Of a DNA stretch of 64,000 nucleotides, positions 41,929 to 53,317 are shown piece by piece (the stretch's first letter is position 1; every line of letters starts with the position of its first letter). A program made the translations under genes and the position numbers. This DNA is from Pachysolen tannophilus NRRL Y-2460. Lineage: Eukaryota. The stretch spans positions 1,022,892-1,086,891 of the forward strand of contig KV454014.1 in assembly GCA_001661245.1 (NCBI GenBank). The letters run 5' to 3'. The notes below the pieces were generated by a model that saw only the letters and a program-made list of their open reading frames with translations, ran no database searches and was not told where the DNA came from.

Positions 41929-44054
41929 TTAAATTCCACTCTTCCTCTTTTTAGTAGAATGTGGAGAAATATCATCGATAATGCTAGTATCCAAACCATT
42001 GATATTATCAACATTATCATCGTAAGCCCTTTTCACAGCGCTATCGTTGCTATTATCATTTAAACCTGGTTGAAAACTTTCCAAATCATTCTTATAAGGT
42101 GTTCCACCTTCATGTGGAGTTCCAGACACCAAGAAATCATCTACTGTAAAATTTTCATCTAACTGCGAATCAGCCAAATCTGTATTGCTAGTATCACTTC
42201 CATCACCACTATTCTTGGAAGCTGCTAATTTATTAATCCATTCATGAATATTTTGAATTGATTCTCCTTGTTTATTAATGTTTGCTTCCAATGCTTCCAT
42301 AAAAGATTTTTTCTCTTTAGTTAACTGTCTTGGTGTGTTTGGTGATAAGTTACTATTTGGATTTTCTGGTGAAATTCCAGAGTTATAGGTATTCAACGTG
42401 TTCAACCCTAAGTCATCAATATAACCAGGATGATTGATGTTATTAATGTTAAAATTTGACGAACCCAGTAAAGCATTTGAGTTCTGTGGTATCTCTAAAT
42501 CAGGAAATAAAGATCTTGGTGACGGAACGATACTATAGTTATTATTATTACCATTGGTATTGCCATTGGTATTACCATTGGTATTACCATTGGTATTGGT
42601 CCCAATATCAGAGTCGATTATTTCTTGAATAAAAGGGTGATTAGTCGAACCATTACTCCTATTATTATGATTGCCGTTACCCAACATGCTATTTTCCAAA
42701 GCTTGTTGATTCTCATAATAAATATTCCTATCTTTTGGAGACCTTGAAATTTCTTGAATAGGAGAATCATTTGAAGCAGTGTCAGTATTTTTGTTATTAT
42801 AACGAGCTGGAATATTTTGATTAATTTGATCATTTTTAATTCCTCCATTTGAAGTATTCGAAGACGTTCTTCTATGAGCATTTTCTGTAATCATTAATCT
42901 TGGTCTAGAATAAGGATTTTTATCTCCATTATTATCATTTGAATTATATGCCGTTGGATTCATATTATTATTAGTGTTATTCATGGTTGTTAAATCGGTA
43001 CTATTCATACTATCAACAACTTCTAAAATTTTATTATTATTTCCATAAACAGAGGCTAAAAATCTTAAAATTTTTTCCAATGTTTGACTTTGTTTAGTAT
43101 GTCTTTCTCTGGTTAAATAATTTTCTTTCCATAATAATTCGTTATCTTTTCTTACTCTTCTCAAATCTTCTGCAATCAGAATTTGATTCATTTTTATATT
43201 TTCCAATTCATTCAACAAGATACCAAAATCAATTTCTGAATCTTCTTCATCTCCTTTATTAGATTTATTCCTAATAATGTTATCTAATAAATCTTCTCTA
43301 TCTTTTATAAAATCCGGATTTTCAAACTGCCAAAAATCTTCATTTTGAGTGATACCACTTTGAATTGAACCATGAGTAACATCTTGAACTTTATGCCAAC
43401 CGTACATATTCAATTGTCTTACAAAACTAGCAAAATTGTTATGTTTGAAATATTTTGGTAAAATATGTTTCATAAATTCTTCTCTATTGGAAACCATAAA
43501 TGATTGTCCATCAGGCACCCATTTTATATATTTTTCATTTGCCTTATCGTTGACCATATTCCATAATTTAGTTACAAAAGCAGGACGAGATTTTGGTCCT
43601 GTTGTATTTTTTTTGGTTTTTGTTTTTTCAAATGCATTGGTTTAGGGTTATTAATCACAGAAGAAAAGGGAAATTGATTATTTGAGCTATTAATATCAGT
43701 ATCACCATTTTTAATCAAAGCATTTGAAAAATTAATATTTTCTGGCAATACACTATTAGAAAGTTGGGTTAAAGAATTTGAATCTGTCTGCAGCGGCAGC
43801 GGCTGGAAATAAGCCAACTCGTTATTATTATTATTATTATTATTAGTAGTAGTAGTAGTAGTATTACTGTTGTTATTATTATGATTAACTTGTAGATTAT
43901 CAACAGGACTTTCGTTATACAACGCAGGCGTTATAATATTATGGTCTTCATTCAATCCAATGTATGCATTATTACCATCATAATATAATTTATCGTCAAC
44001 ATTCAAATCATTATTGTTGACAGAATTTCCGGTATTACTTGTATTGGTACTCAT
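41929..44054 (-). CDS. HSF1: Heat shock transcription factor, split by a 1-nt frameshift within about 43572-43640
   Basis: DBD frame reads GPKSRPAFVTKLWNMV...LPKYFKHNNFASFVRQLNMYGWHKV plus the trimerisation heptad; the upstream Asn-rich ORF (ATG 44054) overlaps it in another frame. Confidence 0.9.
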
Positions 44055-45557
44055 AAACAAGTTATTTCTAATTTAAATAATAATTATGATTTTCTTTTAT
44101 CTTAATCAAGTCTAGATTTGGACTCAAAGTTTTTCTTTCCTTCTTTCAATTAATTTTTTTTTAAATAAATTAAATTAATTCAGTTGAGACCTAATAAATT
44201 ACCAATTCTAAAATTGTAAGTGTTAGTTTTTTGCATCTCATCTCATCATTAATAACATATGGATGTAAGATATTTCTTGTTTCAATATATAGTATTTTGC
44301 ACATGCATGTATCTAATTTCTCCCAAAATCAATATACTTAATTCAACTCAATAGTCAATCTTTCAATTATCTCGGATACCATCAAAACAAAAAAAGTTTC
44401 CCCACAATAGCATCCATATTATTTTATTTGGAATTATGAAAAAAATGATTAGCACCCGAAACGTATTTAAACATACATGCAATAATTTATTACGATAAAA
44501 CAAATTTATCGCAAAAAGCAAAAAAACTTTAAAATATCCACCTTCAATCCATTGTCATAAACTCAATTAAAGGAAAAAAGCAAAAAAAAAAAAGATATAC
44601 TTACTTTTCTTCAAAAAAATTTTCTTTTCTTCCTTCTAGTTTTAAAAAAAAAAAAATTTTTTTTTTCTAGCTCAAACTGAGATTAATTGAATTCTGTATC
44701 TTTGAAAGTTATTTAATAATTACTTAATACTTGTTTTAATTAGGGTTTATTATATATTATATTATATTGCCCATCATTTAGGCAAAAAAAAGAGAAAAAA
44801 AAAATTAAATAATAAAAAAAATACAAGGTAGTGCAAATGGACACAAAACAATATTTGAGTTTAATTTGTATGGTGTTTTGAGATATGGCAAAAAAAAGGG
44901 AGATGAGATGAGATGAAAGATGAGGGGAAATGTTACTTTCTTAGTGTGGTGGCGGTCATGCTGATGATGAATTATCGATTAGTCAAGAGATGTTTTTTTT
45001 GTTCAATTACAGATTATTATTGGTGTGATGATGATCATTGGAATAGATCTTCAATGAGATGGTTCAAATTATAAATTGGGTATACAATTGTGCATTCTGA
45101 GCACGACCACAAGGTTAATGTATGTATGTATGTATGTATGTATGAGTGAATTTATTTCTTTTTCAATTTACTTGGTATTGGTATTGGTGTAATGGCAATG
45201 GCGGCAGACATTTCCATGGATTTTAATGGATATATTTAATCTATCCAGTATCCAATATTAGAGTAATTAAATGATTGAAGGTGTTTTTTTTTTTTTAAGT
45301 TGTTTTATTAGCACAGTTTATATAGTGGAGTGCAAAAAGGGACAATTCAGTTAATCTTTTACAATATAATATAAATATATAATTTATAACTATGAATTGA
45401 TTCATTAATATACATAAAACCTAATTTAACGAATAAAACTTCCCAAGAAAAAAAGAAAGAGAAAGAGAAAAAAAGAAATAAAGGAAAATAAAATAAAAAA
45501 AAAGAAACCCCCCATTAGAGATAAAATTGTGTAATGTATTGTAATTTTTTACACAAT

Positions 45558-45872
<315 letters not shown>

Positions 45873-46472
45873 TTAATAGTGTATAATTAAATTAATTTAT
45901 AAAAATTATTAATAATCTAAATAATTAAAAATTAAAAAAGAAAAAATAAAAAAAAAAAAAAAAAAGAATTAAAAATAAATTGATTATACTAAGGAATTTT
46001 TCCTTGTTTATATATACTTTCCCCTTCAAATGAACTAATTTTAAACCACATATTATACAATATCCAGGGCAAAAAACACTTGACTTAAAAGTAGTGCAAC
46101 AATCTGATACAACAGGATGATATGATACCAGCAGCTCTGGAAATGTATACACATGATTGAATTTACACAGGCATAAAAGTGGAAAAAAACAAAAAAAAAA
46201 TCAAAACAAAACAAATAAATAAATAAATAAAAAAAAAACATTTTTTTAAAAAAGGTGTTCTCATATTTACGCGCTGAATGTAAAGATAAACTATAAACAA
46301 ATACCACCAAAAAATTGGTTCTTAGTAGTAAATTTAGGCATACTTTTTTTAAGTACATATTATACTATACATCATTAGGAAAAAAATTGTATACCAAGTA
46401 ATGGGGCTGCTCGTACACATTGTGCGGCCAATCAGAATGCTTTAAACTGTTCAAAGTAAAAATAAAACAAAA

Positions 46473-46495
46473 ACACACACACACACACACACACA
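46473..46495. repeat. (AC)n microsatellite in the divergent H4-H3 promoter
   Basis: Read directly from the sequence. Confidence 0.9.
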
Positions 46496-46888
46496 ATCTG
46501 TCTGTCTGTTTAGGTAAGTTTGCCCAAAAATACTGGACGTGACATGATCATGGTTACTAGGCTTGCTTGCCCATATGTATTGATTAGATGTATTGATTGC
46601 CCAGATGTATTTTAAAGGCGCTAAATTGAGATGTGATGGTTTTTACAAAAGATAAACAAACAATAATAATAATAATAATAATAATAATAGCAAAAATAAC
46701 AGTCGTGTATCAATACAATTTTTTGTGTTTTGTTTTTTTACAATTTCTTTTTTTTTCTTATATTTTTTTCTTTTGCCTGCTAGTTCGAATATATATATAA
46801 AGGATAGTTCCCAGATAGAAAAACTATTTTGTATATTTTATATTTTTAAATATTAATTGTTATTAATAATTATAATACATTTAAATAA

Positions 46889-47305
<417 letters not shown>

Positions 47306-47407
47306 GCTGTGCTATGTTAATTTTTTTATTTTCTTGATGTTTTTGGTTTTTTATTGGAAATAGGGTTTCTTTGTAGGTTTTTTTATCTTTTTTTTTTTTT
47401 TTTTTTT

Positions 47408-47822
47408 NNNNNNNNNNNNNNNNNNNNNNNNNNNNNNNNNNNNNNNNNNNNNNNNNNNNNNNNNNNNNNNNNNNNNNNNNNNNNNNNNNNNNNNNNNNNN
47501 NNNNNNNNNNNNNNNNNNNNNNNNNNNNNNNNNNNNNNNNNNNNNNNNNNNNNNNNNNNNNNNNNNNNNNNNNNNNNNNNNNNNNNNNNNNNNNNNNNNN
47601 NNNNNNNNNNNNNNNNNNNNNNNNNNNNNNNNNNNNNNNNNNNNNNNNNNNNNNNNNNNNNNNNNNNNNNNNNNNNNNNNNNNNNNNNNNNNNNNNNNNN
47701 NNNNNNNNNNNNNNNNNNNNNNNNNNNNNNNNNNNNNNNNNNNNNNNNNNNNNNNNNNNNNNNNNNNNNNNNNNNNNNNNNNNNNNNNNNNNNNNNNNNN
47801 NNNNNNNNNNNNNNNNNNTNTN
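47408..47822. other. Assembly gap (N run) bounded by poly-T
   Basis: Ns in the sequence; the ORFs called across it are spurious. Confidence 1.
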
Positions 47823-48905
47823 TTTTTTTGCAATTTTTAATTTTTTCGGGGTATGCTAAAATTCGCGAGAGCTCAAAGAGCCCAAAAACCCCAAAACCCC
47901 CAGCGATGAAGGCGCGAGAAGAGCAATTTTAAACCCGGCAGAATAGAAAGAAAAGAAATAAGAAGAATATAGGGTCTAAAAACCTAACTTTTTTTAAAAC
48001 AAATGAGAATGAATGTTGTGTGTATCATATAATTTATTTGTATTTTTATCTTTTAATGCTGTAAATGATTGAGATTTATTTTTATTCTTCCTTTACGTAA
48101 TTATCATATACTTTAGTTTTTTGTATAAAATGATGAGATGTTAAGCGCCGTTGGAATTTTACAAGTCACAAATATAAGTCACAAATTGCCTAATTAAGAG
48201 AACTGCTGCGGGGAATTTGAAACTGCCTTGAGAGAAATCCGAAATGGCTATGCTTCGGAGCAAGGAAATTCATAGCTTAAATCTGATTGTTTCTCCTGTA
48301 TATAGTCATTTTACTCAACTGCAGTCTTTCGCTGTTTTTAACGAAAAGGCGAGAAAAAAAAATTTTAAAAAAAAGTAAAATAAATCACGGGTCACTTGTA
48401 CCTTACTCCAATTTGGCAGATTTTTTCCGTTTTCCTTTTTTGGATTTGTGACCATGTCTGCACTACCTTTGTGTTTTTTTTCCCTCTTTCAAATATTTTG
48501 ACTTTTTAACTAACTATAACTTTACTAGAAATAAATCATGATTTGAATAAATTCTGGGAAAGTTACACCAGATTATATGATACTGGACAGAAACACCAAT
48601 AGTTGATAAATTAAACCATTTTGGTTGTTATTCTTTTTTTTTTTTTTTCTTTATGAAAAAACTGATGATTTATTTTGAAATTATTTCTATAATTTTTTTT
48701 TTTAGTACATTTTAGAAGGAAAAAATTCGCACTCTGCAAAATCTTTACCCTTTTGGGAATATTGATGCGACCTGATAAGATAACATTCAAATAACAATGT
48801 AATCCATATAAAAACCAAACAATTTTTCATCATATTACTATGTGATTTGTAGTAGTTGTTGTGTGTCTATAATTTTTACTTTTAACCGGATCTCTACTAT
48901 TGAAA

Positions 48906-50168
48906 ATGGGTGTTACTCAGTCACTTTATAAGAATATTTCAGAAAGGGTTTATGAATTCAATAAGAGTAGTGGTAACAATGGGGTACCTGGTATTCAGTT
49001 AATTTTATTGGGGATAATTTTAAGTATATTATCATCTTCTTTAACTTTAAAATATCTTCATAAACAAAAATTTAAGAGTAGTATTAAGCCATTACCCGCG
49101 AAATTAGCAAATAATAAAGAAAGGAGATGGGGTCATTGGAAGCCAGAACTGTTCAAGGCACCAATACCAAAACCGTATCCTGATTGGGATTTTAAAACTA
49201 CTAGACCTATACCATATCGTGCTTTTAAACATAAATATTTTGTTAATATGGGGATTAGATCAATGGATTGGAATGAATGGATCGAATTAGATAATGAATG
49301 GCAAAAATATCATGATCTTAAATTACATAGAATTGCTACAAAGAATGAACAACTTTATGGTACAGAACCTGAAGCACGTCCTGCGGCTTTAGAATTATTA
49401 AATGAATTTTATCAATATTTACCTAATAGATATCCAAAATTATTTAAACAAACTACAATTGGTCTTGATAATTTAGTAACTGGTGAAAGTTTTAATTTTT
49501 TCGATCATCCTTTACAAGAAGATCCAATGTTAATGATTGCTAAATTAATTCAAGATGATATTGCAGTAATGGTTGAACTGGAAGATGGTAATTATTATTT
49601 AAAAGCTGGTGCAATAATGTTGGCAGGTTTCTGGAGGTTAAAAGATAAATTACATCTTTGTTTGAGTGATATTCATACTTCAGGTGATGTTCCAAAATAT
49701 AGCACTCATTTAAAAGCTGGTATGGAGAAATTTTTCCAAAGACAAACTTGTGATAAACCGGTAGTTAGAAATAATTATTTTATTCAAACTGACAACAATT
49801 TGGCATGGTCAGATTCCATTGGAGATGAAAGTAATGATAGCATTGGTTGGTATACGGCACCTAAGGTTAAAAATATTGAAAATTGTTATTTTAGAAGTGA
49901 AAGACAATCTGTGAGAAGGTTACCAATTAGTGGTGCTATGATATTTACCGTAAGAACATATTTCTTACCAGTGGAAGAATTATGTAAAGAACCTTTTGTA
50001 CCAAGGAGATTATTTGATGGTATAAATAGTTGGGACGAAGATGTTAAAGAATACAAGGGATATGAGCTGTTCAAAGATATATTAATGCCTTATTTAGAAA
50101 AGAAGGCAAAGGAACAAGAACTGCAAGGTTATACAATCGAAAATGAGAAAAATTGTTATCCTTATTAG
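48906..50168 (+). CDS. DUF3445 family protein (heme-dependent oxidative N-demethylase alpha-like) with an N-terminal TM segment
   Basis: PIPYRAFK, MGIRSMDWNEWIELD, GFWRLKDK, IHTSGDVP, RNNYFIQ, FRSERQSVRRLP.SGAMIFTVRTY; first ATG at 48906. Confidence 0.8.
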   Translation: MGVTQSLYKNISERVYEFNKSSGNNGVPGIQLILLGIILSILSSSLTLKYLHKQKFKSSIKPLPAKLANNKERRWGHWKPELFKAPIPKPYPDWDFKTTRPIPYRAFKHKYFVNMGIRSMDWNEWIELDNEWQKYHDLKLHRIATKNEQLYGTEPEARPAALELLNEFYQYLPNRYPKLFKQTTIGLDNLVTGESFNFFDHPLQEDPMLMIAKLIQDDIAVMVELEDGNYYLKAGAIMLAGFWRLKDKLHLCLSDIHTSGDVPKYSTHLKAGMEKFFQRQTCDKPVVRNNYFIQTDNNLAWSDSIGDESNDSIGWYTAPKVKNIENCYFRSERQSVRRLPISGAMIFTVRTYFLPVEELCKEPFVPRRLFDGINSWDEDVKEYKGYELFKDILMPYLEKKAKEQELQGYTIENEKNCYPY

Positions 50169-50286
50169 ATATAGACATTTTTATTTACTATGTTTTTTTT
50201 AATGAAAACGTTTTAACAACAACAACAAAAAAGAACTTAAAAGAGATTCTCTAGAGCTTATTTATCGTATATTTATTTAGATTAAT

Positions 50287-51558
50287 CTATGCTGGTGGTA
50301 AAAACATACCGTATAAACCTGTTTGAACTGTAATCCAAATAACAGAATAATATATAAAACTTTTTGAAAAATTGAAATCATTAATAGTGGGTTTACCTTT
50401 TTTCTCATTGATGGAAAGTAATTTATTTGTATTTTCTGTTATGAACAAATCAGCCATATACCAATAACTAATTGGTAAGAAAGTAGATATTCTGTTAATT
50501 ATTTGAACATGCCAAAAAAATAAATTTAAGAATAAATATATTGTAGAAATTATTAAAATTACTTTTATCTTTATTAAGCATGGGTATTTGTATGTGAAAT
50601 AAAACAATGAATTTATAATGACAATAATTGTTGGTAAACAAAATAAAAAATTTGGTATATTATTTAATGTCCAATATTTTAAAAATCCAGTATTCCAATA
50701 ATTTGATTGTGCAAACAATAATAAAGATGGAATTTTATTCAGACACCATAAAGTTCTTTCTGGACAAAATTGAAAATATGGTATCACATTTAACAGTGAA
50801 AAAGATATGAAAACTTGGAAACCTGTTAATAATGACCATCTTGCGTTATTCAAATTTTTGTAATAAAAAAAATTGTTTATTAAATCAAATAAATATAATA
50901 TTCCTAATAACAATGTATTACTTCTTGTTAAAACTGCAATTGAAGCAAAAGTTCCTGATAAAAAATAAGGAAAAATTTTTTTAATTTCATATGATTTATC
51001 AAAATTATATTTTAATGAAATTTCTCTTAAATATAAGCTTGTAAAACTTAATAAAGAACAAAATGATTCACTATATGTTGTTGTTAAAAAAATTCCTGCT
51101 GGTGAAATTATGAAAAATAATGAAGAAATTAAACTTAAATTTTTAACTCTTTTTTGTAAAGGATTTAATGATTTAAAACATGTAAAAGTCAATTCATATA
51201 ATATAATAGATGATGAGAAATGACATAAATTTGTAATCATTAATGCAATTATGAAATTTTTATAAAAAGATTTAATTTTTAAAAAATTTATTAATCTCCA
51301 CCATAATGGACCAAATACATATTCATGTTCAAAGATTATATCTTTTTCTTTATCAAAATTAAATAATTTTGTAAAATAAATGTTATCCCATTTTATTAAA
51401 TTATTTAATAAGATATTGTTCCAATTATTATCTTGTAAGTAATTATTTGCTGATGTATCAAATTGTACAAATACAATTTTTATTATTACAAATTGAAAAA
51501 TTTTAATGATTAAAAATAACTTTAAAATAATCTTGAACGATTTAAAATCAATATTCAT
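50287..51558 (-). CDS. GPI18: GPI mannosyltransferase II (PIG-V)
   Basis: FDTS, KWDNIYF, SPAGIFL...YSES, YWNTGFLKYWT.NNIPNF, C-terminal FLPPA. Confidence 0.92.
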   Translation of the reverse strand: MNIDFKSFKIILKLFLIIKIFQFVIIKIVFVQFDTSANNYLQDNNWNNILLNNLIKWDNIYFTKLFNFDKEKDIIFEHEYVFGPLWWRLINFLKIKSFYKNFIIALMITNLCHFSSSIILYELTFTCFKSLNPLQKRVKNLSLISSLFFIISPAGIFLTTTYSESFCSLLSFTSLYLREISLKYNFDKSYEIKKIFPYFLSGTFASIAVLTRSNTLLLGILYLFDLINNFFYYKNLNNARWSLLTGFQVFISFSLLNVIPYFQFCPERTLWCLNKIPSLLLFAQSNYWNTGFLKYWTLNNIPNFLFCLPTIIVIINSLFYFTYKYPCLIKIKVILIISTIYLFLNLFFWHVQIINRISTFLPISYWYMADLFITENTNKLLSINEKKGKPTINDFNFSKSFIYYSVIWITVQTGLYGMFLPPA

Positions 51559-51709
51559 ATTTTATAAACCACAATTGAATAAAATCATTTATTTAATTAA
51601 TAACGTAGTAGCTAACTAGATATATATATATATATATATAAATTATTTATTTATTTATTTTTACTTTTTTTTTTTTTTAGTTAACTTTTTTTTTTTTTGA
51701 TTTTTCACT

Positions 51710-52531
51710 TTAAATAATTGTTTCAATTTCTTTGGCGTAATATAATGCATTTTTAATAATCAATCTATTATCAATTTCTTCATCATTTTTTTCTTCATTT
51801 TCTATTTTTTCTTTATCGAAATAAATGATATTATCTTTTAAGTACCAATTTTTATGATCATTAATAATATTTAATACTTGATCATTATCGGTATTATTAT
51901 TATTTAAAAATAATAAATTTTTTAAATTTTTTAATGGTAAAAATTTATAAGTTTTTTCAAAATTTTTACAAATTTCAGATCTAATTGAATTTAATAAAAT
52001 TTGTTCAAAAATTGTAAATTCTTCACATGCAATTTTATCATCTTTATTTTCAAAAAATTGGAAAATTTTAAAATAATCACCATCAATAATCCATTTTTCT
52101 AAATTTATTGGGAATTTTAAATATAAATCTTTTTCTAAATCATCTATTGTCTTTGATTCATTTTGAAAATATTCCAATTCTATATGAAATTTATCCAATT
52201 CACCATTTGATAATAATAATAATAAATATAATGAAATTAATTTATTTTTATTTTTAGAAATTGTTAAATTATTTAATTTATAAAAAAATTTTAATTGTAA
52301 AATATAATTTTTAAAATTTTCAAATTTTAAAAGATTAATTGAAGCTAATGCTCCAATTTCTAAAATTGATCTAGTTATAATTAAATCATTTGTATTTTTA
52401 TTATTTATTGGAACTAATAAATTATTATTGATCAATTGAATTTTAATTTTTGAAAGTAACAATTGACAATTCTCATAATCTTTTGAATCAAAAGATGTAG
52501 TTAATTGTCTTGTTAAATTTTCTAATGACAT
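51710..52531 (-). CDS. RPN12: 26S proteasome lid subunit Rpn12
   Basis: RSILEIGALAS, FHIELE, FPINLEKWIIDGDY, C-terminal YAKEIETII. Confidence 0.9.
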   Translation of the reverse strand: MSLENLTRQLTTSFDSKDYENCQLLLSKIKIQLINNNLLVPINNKNTNDLIITRSILEIGALASINLLKFENFKNYILQLKFFYKLNNLTISKNKNKLISLYLLLLLSNGELDKFHIELEYFQNESKTIDDLEKDLYLKFPINLEKWIIDGDYFKIFQFFENKDDKIACEEFTIFEQILLNSIRSEICKNFEKTYKFLPLKNLKNLLFLNNNNTDNDQVLNIINDHKNWYLKDNIIYFDKEKIENEEKNDEEIDNRLIIKNALYYAKEIETII

Positions 52532-53317
52532 CTTTCTTTTTTTATTCTCGATTTTTTAAAAATTAAAAAAACAACCAACTAAGTAACCGCTGTTAGAAAA
52601 AAAATTATTATCAATTTATAAAATATATATATAAAAAAAGGTTTTTAAAAATAAAAAAGATAAAATGAGCATTTTGTTTGCCACCACCCATTACAGAGAC
52701 AAAACAACATTTTAAAGAACACCCTTTAAATTAAAACTAAAAAAACAAACAAGGGCGCTCCATCTCAACAATTACTCTTTATCCCTTTTTCGTACTATTA
52801 GACCTCGTGTCCACGACTCCCTTTTTTTCTTGATTTTTTTAATTTTTCTCTATCTCACATGTTTTGACGTCACCATTATTAGCAAGAAAGAAATAAAATA
52901 TAAACCCGCCTGCAGATCAGGTTAAGCTTAGCTAAGTAGCTAGCTAACTAGCTACTACTTCTTCTTTTTCTCTTTTTCTCCTCTTCCCTTCCTCCTTCCT
53001 TGCACGGAGAATTTCGGAAAACGAAAATTAAGATTTCCAAATCACAACACATAACATCAACAGAGCATAGTTTTTTTTGGTTTTTTTTTGACATGGAGAA
53101 AACATTTGCTTATCAAAATTATTTGATGGTATCAAAAACAAAGGAATAAATAATATATTAAATTAAATTTAATTTAATTTAATTTTTAAAAAATAGATAT
53201 AGAAATATTTATATAGTATTTAGAAAAAAATTATTGTTGACTTACATGTTTTGCTTGTTGTATTTGGTTAATCTGATTAATTGATTTGTTGACTTTTTGC
53301 ACTTTTGCAACGTTACA

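Noticed and set aside
43572..43760. An intron that would repair the HSF1 frameshift
   Set aside because: No convincing donor or TACTAAC-like branch point; a single-base indel in an A run suffices
47351..47932. ORFs of 160 and 192 aa spanning the N run
   Set aside because: Artefacts of translating an assembly gap
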